A DNA stretch of 64,000 bases, taken from a virus. Taxonomy: Duplodnaviria > Caudoviricetes. The notes under the pieces are model-generated. The model ran no database searches. It was not told the DNA's origin and was given only the letters and a program-made list of their open reading frames with translations. Positions 35,602-46,072 of this stretch are shown here, piece after piece; position 1 is the first letter of the stretch, and each line of letters starts with the position of its first letter. The position numbers and the translations under genes are program-made. The stretch spans positions 1 to 64,000 of IMG/VR virus record IMGVR_UViG_3300017917_001910, one strand, 5' to 3'.

Positions 35602-36390
35602 TTATTTTTCCTGGACCTGGACCTGTAAAAGGTTAATTACTTCATGCCCTTGAATTTTATGATTATCTATTTCATATATGGTAAATGGATCAATCCAAAA
35701 TATAAAAGGCATTCCTTGAGAATTAATCATTTCAATACCTAACTCTTCATACTGTATATCTATAGACGTATTAGGCCCTATACATTTACCAGCACCAGGC
35801 CCTGCCACAAATATAATAAGCTCTCCTTTACCAATACCGCCATCAACCAATTCATTAAATGCAGTCCAAGGTGTAGGTAAAGTTATTCTAGCTGATTCTT
35901 CATAACGTAATTTAACATCTTTTAAATATTCTAATCCAATATCTTGATTAGCCCCTGCTTTCATTGCAGTATCAATTTTCTTTTTGATATTATCATATTC
36001 TCCTGATTGTAATAACTCAACAGATTCGATAATAGCTTTTTTAATACATTGATTTTTACAGAAGTTAACACACTCTGTTTTGACAAAATCTAAATCTTCT
36101 GCTTCAACATATCTTAATATATCTTTTAAAGATTCTACAATAGACAATTTTAAAGGTTCAGATGTAAGTTCTAATGCCTTTACTTTAAATACTTCTAATG
36201 TAGGTACTGTTTTATATTCTGGATAGTATTTCATAATAATACCTACAATCCAAATATTAGCTTCAGAATCAAAATATTCAGGTATTAAAATATCGAATAT
36301 TTGTTGAAGAAATGTTTTATCTTTTATAAGTGCCGCAATTATTTTTAATTGAAAGGTCTTTCCGTACTGCGTAAATCTATCTTGACTCAT
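35602..36390 (-). CDS. dnaB: Split DnaB-like helicase N-terminal part, followed by a 60-aa N-intein
   Basis: GGIGKGEL...AGPGAGK immediately followed by intein block A CIGPNTSIDI (Cys codon at 35784). Confidence 0.92.
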   Translation of the reverse strand: MSQDRFTQYGKTFQLKIIAALIKDKTFLQQIFDILIPEYFDSEANIWIVGIIMKYYPEYKTVPTLEVFKVKALELTSEPLKLSIVESLKDILRYVEAEDLDFVKTECVNFCKNQCIKKAIIESVELLQSGEYDNIKKKIDTAMKAGANQDIGLEYLKDVKLRYEESARITLPTPWTAFNELVDGGIGKGELIIFVAGPGAGKCIGPNTSIDIQYEELGIEMINSQGMPFIFWIDPFTIYEIDNHKIQGHEVINLLQVQVQEK

Positions 36391-36421
36391 ATTCCTAATA
36401 TATAATATACTTTTCTAAAGA

Positions 36422-37477
36422 TCAAGAATTATTATTTGTTCCTAGCGCAAATATATTTAATTGATTAAAGATGTTTAAAAATGTAATAGGATCGTTAATA
36501 TAGTTATATCCTTTATCCGTAGCTAATATTTGTATAAATTCGTTTTTATTAATTAATGATATAGGCTCGTTAAACTTATCAATTAAGAATAGTTTATGCG
36601 TACCTGATATATCTACATTATGTAGTTGCATTAATTTATAATTACGTGTTATAATGTCTTTATTGTTAATGATTTTTTTGTATAATTTATCATCTTGTTT
36701 ATCTTCACAAAAAGATAAAAATTCTTCTAAACCAACTACCCTATTTTCTTGCAAAATAGGCATCTTTCCTACGGTCTTAGGGCCGATTCCAGGCACTCCG
36801 GGTATATTATCTCCATCGTCTCCAATAAACACTTTATAGAGGTGATAATTCTCTGCAGGCACTCCAAATCTTACTTTAACATCTTCTAATTTATATAAAC
36901 GCTTTTCTACTGGTCTATATACATTAACTTTCTCATTTACAAGTTGTAGATAATCTTTGTCGTCTGAAACTATCATTACATTATTACTTCTTGTATTAAG
37001 AATATCTGTAGTTAAATACGCTACCATATCATCTGCTTCAATATGGTCTGCAGTAATTACTGATACTGGTAAGCAACGTAAGTATTGTATTAATCTTACA
37101 AATTGATGCTTCATCGAAGCACTTTCATCTTCTGCGTTTTCAAATATCTCTGCTCTGTTAAAAGATTTAGGAGCTAAACGATTGCCTTTATATTCAGGAT
37201 ATAGCTCTTTTCTTTTTTTAGAGCCTCCTTTACCATCAAACGTAATAATAATTCTTGTGGGTTTGAATGTTTTAACATAAGAAGCTAGTGACTTTAAGAA
37301 TCCTAAAGACCCTCCTAAATGCTCCCCATTATCATTCATTACGGGATTGGCCATGAAACATCTCAAGTAAAAATTAGTCCCGTCCACTAACATAACCCTG
37401 GAGTTAATATTTAGTGAAACGGGACTTTCTTTTTCTTGTTGAATCTCTGCTAATAACTCAACAAATCTATTTAACAT
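36422..37477 (-). CDS. 5'-3' exonuclease / flap endonuclease (T4 RNase H-like)
   Basis: VDGTN, FDGKGG, YKGNR, EADD, SDDKDYLQL, GDDGDNIPGVPGIGPKT. Confidence 0.93.
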   Translation of the reverse strand: MLNRFVELLAEIQQEKESPVSLNINSRVMLVDGTNFYLRCFMANPVMNDNGEHLGGSLGFLKSLASYVKTFKPTRIIITFDGKGGSKKRKELYPEYKGNRLAPKSFNRAEIFENAEDESASMKHQFVRLIQYLRCLPVSVITADHIEADDMVAYLTTDILNTRSNNVMIVSDDKDYLQLVNEKVNVYRPVEKRLYKLEDVKVRFGVPAENYHLYKVFIGDDGDNIPGVPGIGPKTVGKMPILQENRVVGLEEFLSFCEDKQDDKLYKKIINNKDIITRNYKLMQLHNVDISGTHKLFLIDKFNEPISLINKNEFIQILATDKGYNYINDPITFLNIFNQLNIFALGTNNNS

Positions 37478-37483
37478 AACTTA

Positions 37484-39124
<1,641 letters not shown>

Positions 39125-40279
39125 TTAAAAATCATCTCCGCCATCTGGCGTCGTAACTATTTGAATTCCTTCATCTGGATTTGCAGGGTCATACTTCATA
39201 ATATATTCTTCACAAAGCTTTTCATATACTTGCTTTTTCAATCTAGGATCTTCGGCAAACTTTGTTAGTATATTTGCTGATGTAAATACTACTTCTTCTC
39301 CTGTTTCTGTATCTACATAATCATAATAAGCCCCGCGCTTCTTAACTAATTTATGCTTTGTTAATTCGTCAATCCAACTTGGCGCTGAATCAATACCAGA
39401 GTCAAAATAAATATCATATTCTACTTCTCTGCTTGGAGGTCCTAAACGATTCTTCTTAATCTTTAACTTTGTTTTAGCTCCAATTACAGTTCCGTCAGAT
39501 TTCTTAATCATTCCTAAATTATATAATGATAATCTAACTGATGCATGGAATCCGACTGCTTTACCACCAGATGTTTGAGTCTTTTCACCAAAGCCCATAA
39601 CACCTACTTTATCACGTAATTGATTTGTTAAGATTAAGCATACTTTTTGACGACCAATCATATTAGTAATCTTACGCATTGCTTTTGATAATACAATAGC
39701 TTTTGTAGTTGCATAACCATCTTTTTCGTAATCTGCTTCTTGCTCCACTTTTGTTGTAGCACCCATAATAGAATCAATAGCAATACATACTAATCTATTT
39801 TTGTCAGCATTTCTTACTTTCTCGATAATAGTTTCTACAATTGCAAATGCATCTTCTATAGTTTCTACTGGAGCATAAATCATTTTACTTAAATCCATAC
39901 CTAGCATTTCAAAGAATTCATTTGCTACGGCATTTTCTGTATCAATATAAATTGATAATCCTCCTTTACGTTGACATTGAGCTAATATATTTGCTGTTAG
40001 TAAAGATTTACCAGCAGCACTTTCGCCCATAATCTCTATAATACGACCTACTGGCAATCCGCCATATGGTCTATTTGATATTGCTAAATCTACAATATCA
40101 TTTCCCGTTGTTATCCAATCTGTTACATTACTAGGTGAATCAGCATCTTTATCTAAAAAATACGCTACTTTCATGTTAGTTTCTTTAAACTTTGCATTAA
40201 GCGTATCTGCTAATAATGATGCCAAATCTTCATGCATTGCACCAGATGATATTCCGTCATCCGTTTTCTTTTTTGCCAT
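39125..40279 (-). CDS. recA: RecA/UvsX recombinase
   Basis: GGLPVGRIIEIMGESAAGKS, YIDTE, IDS, NQLR, GGKAVGFHASVRL, KKNR. Confidence 0.93.
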   Translation of the reverse strand: MAKKKTDDGISSGAMHEDLASLLADTLNAKFKETNMKVAYFLDKDADSPSNVTDWITTGNDIVDLAISNRPYGGLPVGRIIEIMGESAAGKSLLTANILAQCQRKGGLSIYIDTENAVANEFFEMLGMDLSKMIYAPVETIEDAFAIVETIIEKVRNADKNRLVCIAIDSIMGATTKVEQEADYEKDGYATTKAIVLSKAMRKITNMIGRQKVCLILTNQLRDKVGVMGFGEKTQTSGGKAVGFHASVRLSLYNLGMIKKSDGTVIGAKTKLKIKKNRLGPPSREVEYDIYFDSGIDSAPSWIDELTKHKLVKKRGAYYDYVDTETGEEVVFTSANILTKFAEDPRLKKQVYEKLCEEYIMKYDPANPDEGIQIVTTPDGGDDF

Positions 40280-40346
40280 AATATTTTGGTTTATAGTAAA
40301 ATAAGAGGAGTAGATGATTCTAACTCCCCTTACTTACTTTATGTTT

Positions 40347-41138
40347 TTAGTTTTTAAATAAATCGTCAAATGCACTAGAAATATCCTCTACTGATTTTGT
40401 TTCAGCGGGCTTTGTAGGTGTCGACACTTTAGCTTCTGTACCTGTAGATGCTGTTCCTTCTTGAACTCCTTCAGTATCGCGATTTAACCAATTGGTCAAT
40501 ACTACCTTTAAATCTTCATATGAAGGTTCTTTAAAGATTTCTGTTAAATTTTTCTGGCCAGTTGCAATCTTTGTGATAATTTCCTTATCTGTATGTACCG
40601 GAGTTTGATTTGGTTTAATACGAATAGAAGTTTCTGGAAAATCTTTTCCCGTTTGTTCTTTAGTTTTGAATTCTACTGTAATATCTCTTCCACTAACTGG
40701 ATCTGTAATATCACCATAATCTGGATCTGCAATAAATGCTAATAATTCTTGGTATACTGTTTTACCGAATCCCCAATATTTAACACCTTCATGTTCTTTT
40801 CCACGAATAACGATTGGAGCATAAACGCGCATTTTAGGTTCGATCTTTTTACCTAATTTCCATTCTTCTTTTTTTCCTGTAGATTGAAGCTTTTCTGCGA
40901 ACTCAACTACTGGATCTGGTTTACCAAATGTAGCTGGAGATAAATACTGCTTATTTCCAAATTCATAATGGAAATAAAGTTCATTGAATGGATTGTCTTT
41001 GTTGAATTGATAAGGTACAATTCTAACTACTTGTGTACCTGGTTCTGGTTTCCATAAGGTGTCTTGTCTTTCACCTTTTCCTGTGTTTTTTTGCAAATCG
41101 CCTAGTTTCGCGCGAATTGCGTCTAAATTAATCGCCAT
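40347..41138 (-). CDS. Single-stranded DNA-binding protein (gp32-like)
   Basis: WKP..G...VRIVP, FGKTVYQ.L, DYGDITD...GRDI, acidic tail FDDLF; next to recA. Confidence 0.8.
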   Translation of the reverse strand: MAINLDAIRAKLGDLQKNTGKGERQDTLWKPEPGTQVVRIVPYQFNKDNPFNELYFHYEFGNKQYLSPATFGKPDPVVEFAEKLQSTGKKEEWKLGKKIEPKMRVYAPIVIRGKEHEGVKYWGFGKTVYQELLAFIADPDYGDITDPVSGRDITVEFKTKEQTGKDFPETSIRIKPNQTPVHTDKEIITKIATGQKNLTEIFKEPSYEDLKVVLTNWLNRDTEGVQEGTASTGTEAKVSTPTKPAETKSVEDISSAFDDLFKN

Positions 41139-41232
41139 TTTTCTTTTTGTTTTTAATTGTTTAACTTACTAAATATCTAACTGATATCTAAATTTCTTAT
41201 CTAATATAATATCTTATCTCTTATTTTCCTAA

Positions 41233-41619
41233 TTATTTTATATGAATTATTTTGTATATTTGCAATTCATGTAAAATTAATTTCTTATCTGTTACTAAAA
41301 TAGCTGTATTTGAATAATCTTCCCAATTCACTTTATAATTCTTATCTAATATATTATTATTAAGTGATTTTATCAAGAAATTTAATCCATTAATGGTATA
41401 AAGCGTATTAGTTTCTTTTCTTCTGTGTATTGAAATAGTGTTATCTAACAAATCATTAAGATTGCCAGACTCTATATTGTACGTGCAAGCCAACTCAGGA
41501 TTCTCGCTCATTTGCAGAACGAAAATTTTACCGTTAAGTATATTATAATTACTTACGATATTATCAATTGTTGGTTGTAAATCATTCTCTAAAGTGAATG
41601 TGCAAAGTAAACGTATCAC
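41233..41619 (-). CDS. Conserved hypothetical phage protein
   Basis: LLCTF...CTYN...HRRKETNTLYTINGLN. Confidence 0.7.
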   Translation of the reverse strand: MIRLLCTFTLENDLQPTIDNIVSNYNILNGKIFVLQMSENPELACTYNIESGNLNDLLDNTISIHRRKETNTLYTINGLNFLIKSLNNNILDKNYKVNWEDYSNTAILVTDKKLILHELQIYKIIHIK

Positions 41620-41645
41620 GTATATAGATTATTTATTATAAATAT

Positions 41646-42998
41646 CTACATACTTACATTTTTTAAGTTATTATAATCATATCCGGCCTGAACTTTTACT
41701 GGATATTTTCCATTACATTCTAATATTCTTTGACATTGCTTAATATACTTACCTCCGTCATCTTTATGGAAGTCGATCAATAACGAATCATAAGTATATA
41801 ATATCATCTTACTCTTAAATCCTTTGTTAAAGCTCATTAAAGTATCTAATATTCCCATAGTTTCTTCCATCTCTAATGATTGAATTAAATAATTAAGAAG
41901 CTTCTGAGAATTCATTTCAGTAAAGAATGTATTTTTTAATGTTCTTTTATATATTGGTGTTTCTAAGTATTTTTGATCTTTATAAAGTTTCCAGTTAATT
42001 TTTGTAAAATCGTCTACTAATTTAAAAAATGGAATTTCTAAAAACTCTTTTTCAATACCTCCGTACAATAATTTAAAAGTTATGCCCTTACTTTGATCAT
42101 ATTCTTCCGGAGTTAATTCTTCTTTTCCAAAATATTGACGCCCTAAATGTTCGTGCATATTTACTTTGCCTGGAAATTGATATCCTAATAATTCTCCTAA
42201 TAATCTAATATGATAAGCATCATAATCAAACTGCAGTAAAAATCCATCTTTACCAAAACGAGACTTAAATGATTTTCTTACTCCCGTTTCTTTATTTAGT
42301 GCCGCATAATTTACAGAATCAAATCTATTTGAAGGTCTTCCTGTTGTTGTATAAGGATTATATTCTGTATATACAAAGTTATTTGTTATTGTTACATTTG
42401 GAAATGTTTCTTTAAGTATATCAGGATTTACATACATACCATTTACTTCTATATGATGTAAAGTTTTAACTACATTATTATATTTTAAGAATGTGTCTGA
42501 TATTGTAAATGCTTTAAATTCTTCTTTATATTCTTTAATAAGATTGCCAAACTTTTCGTGATGTTTTACAATTGGTATAAGATGATTAAGGTTTTTTAAG
42601 TTGGAATATTTTTGATTAAAGTAATCATGTACAGGCGTATCAAACTCCTCAACATCTATAGATTTATTTGTTAAGAAGTATATGACCATATTTGCATCAT
42701 ATATATGATCACAAGTAATCTTACTTAATAAATATTTAAGATTTAAAACAAAGCACTCTTTACTAGAACATAATAAATCACTTAATAATGATTCTTTTAT
42801 TGAAAGTGCCTCGGAATGATTAAAACTTACAATACATTCTTTGTTTATTGTAAGATCATATAAATAAAGTAATGAAAGCTCATTTATACTGTAGTGAAGA
42901 AACGGGTCTTTTAAAACCGGCGCAACAAAGATACGATGATCTTTAATCTCTGTTATAAGGTCAAATAATTCAGTTTCGGTTTCTACAATTGGTAGCAT
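41646..42998 (-). CDS. Family A DNA polymerase-like protein
   Basis: TTTGRPS, FDYDAYHIRLL (motif A), K.ITFKLLYG (motif B), NYLIQS, LYTYDSLL (motif C variant). Confidence 0.8.
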   Translation of the reverse strand: MLPIVETETELFDLITEIKDHRIFVAPVLKDPFLHYSINELSLLYLYDLTINKECIVSFNHSEALSIKESLLSDLLCSSKECFVLNLKYLLSKITCDHIYDANMVIYFLTNKSIDVEEFDTPVHDYFNQKYSNLKNLNHLIPIVKHHEKFGNLIKEYKEEFKAFTISDTFLKYNNVVKTLHHIEVNGMYVNPDILKETFPNVTITNNFVYTEYNPYTTTGRPSNRFDSVNYAALNKETGVRKSFKSRFGKDGFLLQFDYDAYHIRLLGELLGYQFPGKVNMHEHLGRQYFGKEELTPEEYDQSKGITFKLLYGGIEKEFLEIPFFKLVDDFTKINWKLYKDQKYLETPIYKRTLKNTFFTEMNSQKLLNYLIQSLEMEETMGILDTLMSFNKGFKSKMILYTYDSLLIDFHKDDGGKYIKQCQRILECNGKYPVKVQAGYDYNNLKNVSM

Positions 42999-43012
42999 AC
43001 CAGAAATATAAG

Positions 43013-43564
43013 TTATTTTTTATATAACTCCAAATAATTTCTTAAGTATTTTTGTAAGCCAGGCAATTCTTCGTTATATTTACGTACAACTTTAAAGTTA
43101 GTTTGTTCAACGTCAGATTCATTTCCTGTTAATTTCCACGGAAGAGATGTTTTTAAATATAAGAATGGGTCAATTCTACTTCCTATTAAGTTCCATTGTT
43201 TTTTATCAATCTCTATAATTCTGGCATCTACATTATTAGATTTTCTTAGAAAGTAACGAGTTACATATCCTTGGTCATAATCTTGTTTTGATGGTTGTGG
43301 ATAATATTGTTGTGGAGTAGTATAATCTTTAACGTTAGTTTGAGTTAACGTATCATACTTAAAAGAAGATTGTGGTTGATATGGTATTAAATATTCAGAA
43401 GTAAATTCGTTATAACTAAAGCCAGTCATTATCATACCATCTTTATAAGTATGATAATACCCTTTAAACTCAGTACCGTCTCGTAACATCCATTCTTTAC
43501 CAGATGTTTTAAGTCCTACTGTTATTTGGTCTTGAGGATAATATATTTTAGGTCTTTTTGCCAT
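43013..43564 (-). CDS. Hypothetical protein (tail/baseplate region)
   Basis: 183-aa ORF at the end of the tail operon. Confidence 0.65.
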   Translation of the reverse strand: MAKRPKIYYPQDQITVGLKTSGKEWMLRDGTEFKGYYHTYKDGMIMTGFSYNEFTSEYLIPYQPQSSFKYDTLTQTNVKDYTTPQQYYPQPSKQDYDQGYVTRYFLRKSNNVDARIIEIDKKQWNLIGSRIDPFLYLKTSLPWKLTGNESDVEQTNFKVVRKYNEELPGLQKYLRNYLELYKK

Positions 43565-43565
43565 T

Positions 43566-45731
43566 TCATGAAATTACTCTATATATAGTTTCTAATTCTG
43601 TTGTCCAATCATTATTTTGTATCATGTGACGAATTTTAGTTACTGTCCAATAAACATTCTTTTCTCGGTATTGTGTTGGTACCCAATTTGTTTTAATAGC
43701 ATTTCCGTATTGAAACCCCTCGATGCCGTCCATTGTTATTTTAAGTTTTATTGGAAATATTGCTGTTTTTAAATTTGATAAACTATATGCACTTATAGCT
43801 GAACCTTTACCTGCTAATACACCGCCTTGTTGAATATTAAACATTTGAAGATATATTGCTCGTACTTGAGATTGCCAACTAGTTAATGAAGTTTGAGTTT
43901 CATTTTTTTCATGTTCAATATTTTCCATAAATGCACCATTAAGTTTAATCAATTCATCTCTTAATTCTTTTAAATTTGAAGATAATTCGTCTGAACTTGC
44001 ATCATTTCCTACATAACTTATCCCCGCTCGAGTATATGTAGCTACTTCCGTTTGAATTGCATCGGGTACAGACGATTCGACGCTCAACCCACGTACTATA
44101 GAACCTTTTACAAATGCAGGAATTGGGCAAGGGTCTAATTTAAGACTTTCACCCTCGTAATTTTGATTTAAAATTTGTATATACTCAGATTTTCCTGATA
44201 TTTTATTTATTGGGCTATCATTTACAGTTAATCTAATATGACCTCCAGTATCAGTTTCTAACTGTTGAAATATACTATTTAAAAATGTAATAATCTTTTT
44301 ATCTGTTAAACTTTTATTATTACTTAATATAGATTTTATTTCTCCATATAAAAAATTAACATTTAGTAAAACTAGATCTGCTATTTTCTGTAAGCCATTT
44401 GCTCGTACAGTTCCCTCGTCAGCACTAACGTTAAAATCGAAGCGTGGTGCAGAATTTCCATTAATTTGCGTAGTAAATGCAAATTTTGAAAAATCTACAG
44501 GCCCCATTCCTATAAAAAATACATTTCCATTAATTTTACATATATCTTCGTCTAAAATATCGCCGGTCTTATCATCAAATCCGTTAAATGTATAATGTGG
44601 TACATCCGTCTTAAAAGCATTATCAAGTTGTAAATTAATTAAATTAATAAAATTTCTTAATGTTATATATGTTACTTTAGTGGCGTCAGTTTTTTCTTCG
44701 ATATCAGCTGTATATCCAAAGCCGCCAAGTAATCCTTCTCCAAGTATTACACTAGCCCATGTTCCAAACGTAAATGATTTTTCTACAGGTAATTCAAATA
44801 TATATGTATTTACTTTATCATATTCAATATCTGGAAGTGTGTTAGTTGAAGTAGAAGTCGAATTTGTAATAGTACTTAAAAATGCATCATATACACTTCT
44901 TTTTTTACATGTGGCTAATGATGTGGGTTCTGTTCCTGCATCATTATCTGTTATATCCATAAGAGTTTTAAATATTTCTTCTAAATGTAATCCTTTTTTA
45001 GCAGTTAAGGTAGTACCATTTCTATCATTTGTACCATGTTGATCTAAATCAAATCCATATGTCATTGATGATGGTCCTAGAGCATGTAATGTACAGTCCC
45101 AACTTCCATCCTCTTTAGCAGAAAATGTAAAGTTATAAACAGTGCCTCGTATTTTACCTCTATTAACATTTATATTTTCGTTAATTGTCCACCCATATTC
45201 TAATCCAATATCCTGCCCCGGAGTTAAAAAATTTTTAATATATCGGTCCATTTCTCTTACGTCAAATACAGTAAAATTAACAGTAATTCGTAGTATCGAG
45301 CCATATGTTCCATCAGAAGAAATTTCTGCAGAGTTTAATATTGCATCTTTAATTGTACCATTAGAATTTGTATAATTTGGACCATATAAATCTAATATAG
45401 GCGCCATAGGATTTACCATCCTAGATTGTTCTGTATACGTAGTAATTGTTTCAGTTGCAGGTTCAGATGAAGGAGGCCATGGCTGTCCATCGCCTGGTAC
45501 GGTAGGAGTAATAGGCTTTCGAAGCACACCTAATCCTTGACCTTGTATTGTAAATCGTTCATAGGTTTCTTTTTTTAATGATGTAAGTCTTAAGTATGCC
45601 GTTTTTTGATAGTTCCAAGCTAATGTTTCATTATTAATATGACCGTCTGGCCAATAATATTCCTGTCTTCTTTTTAACTCATCTCGGATATCATTACTAA
45701 CATCATTTATAAAATTATAATTTAATGCCAT
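43566..45731 (-). CDS. Putative baseplate hub protein
   Basis: LEYGW, V.NFTFS...DGSWDC, PIKLKITMDGIEG, V..I.H.I....W.T.L; follows the LysM-like gene. Confidence 0.6.
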   Translation of the reverse strand: MALNYNFINDVSNDIRDELKRRQEYYWPDGHINNETLAWNYQKTAYLRLTSLKKETYERFTIQGQGLGVLRKPITPTVPGDGQPWPPSSEPATETITTYTEQSRMVNPMAPILDLYGPNYTNSNGTIKDAILNSAEISSDGTYGSILRITVNFTVFDVREMDRYIKNFLTPGQDIGLEYGWTINENINVNRGKIRGTVYNFTFSAKEDGSWDCTLHALGPSSMTYGFDLDQHGTNDRNGTTLTAKKGLHLEEIFKTLMDITDNDAGTEPTSLATCKKRSVYDAFLSTITNSTSTSTNTLPDIEYDKVNTYIFELPVEKSFTFGTWASVILGEGLLGGFGYTADIEEKTDATKVTYITLRNFINLINLQLDNAFKTDVPHYTFNGFDDKTGDILDEDICKINGNVFFIGMGPVDFSKFAFTTQINGNSAPRFDFNVSADEGTVRANGLQKIADLVLLNVNFLYGEIKSILSNNKSLTDKKIITFLNSIFQQLETDTGGHIRLTVNDSPINKISGKSEYIQILNQNYEGESLKLDPCPIPAFVKGSIVRGLSVESSVPDAIQTEVATYTRAGISYVGNDASSDELSSNLKELRDELIKLNGAFMENIEHEKNETQTSLTSWQSQVRAIYLQMFNIQQGGVLAGKGSAISAYSLSNLKTAIFPIKLKITMDGIEGFQYGNAIKTNWVPTQYREKNVYWTVTKIRHMIQNNDWTTELETIYRVIS

Positions 45732-45736
45732 ATAAC

Positions 45737-46045
45737 TTATTGATTTTGATTAAAATTATTTATTTGAATAATATATTCTCTAAATTTATTAGGATCTGGT
45801 ATACGTAATTGTTTTCCTTCTTCAATATTTAAAGTTCCTAGTCCTATATTATTAGCAGTTGCTATTATAGGCCATGCAGTTACATCTCCGTAAAATTGAT
45901 TTGCTAATAAATCTAATCTATCAGATGGGTCAGTAATAACATAAATATCATTATCTGATTTGTCAAAAAATGGAACAAACGTAGTTGTATATTTACGTCG
46001 CCCATTTAAATCTTTTATAATTGGAAGGTCTTGATATCTATTCAT
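45737..46045 (-). CDS. LysM/tail-X-like baseplate protein
   Basis: DRLDLLANQFYGD...W.IIA.AN...G.QLRIP. Confidence 0.85.
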   Translation of the reverse strand: MNRYQDLPIIKDLNGRRKYTTTFVPFFDKSDNDIYVITDPSDRLDLLANQFYGDVTAWPIIATANNIGLGTLNIEEGKQLRIPDPNKFREYIIQINNFNQNQ

Positions 46046-46072
46046 ATATTAATAAATATCAGAGATAATGTA

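Noticed and set aside
34654-35602. Group I intron interrupting dnaB
   Set aside because: Only about 40 bp of AT-rich non-coding sequence flanks the endonuclease, too little for a ribozyme core; the intein motifs explain the split.
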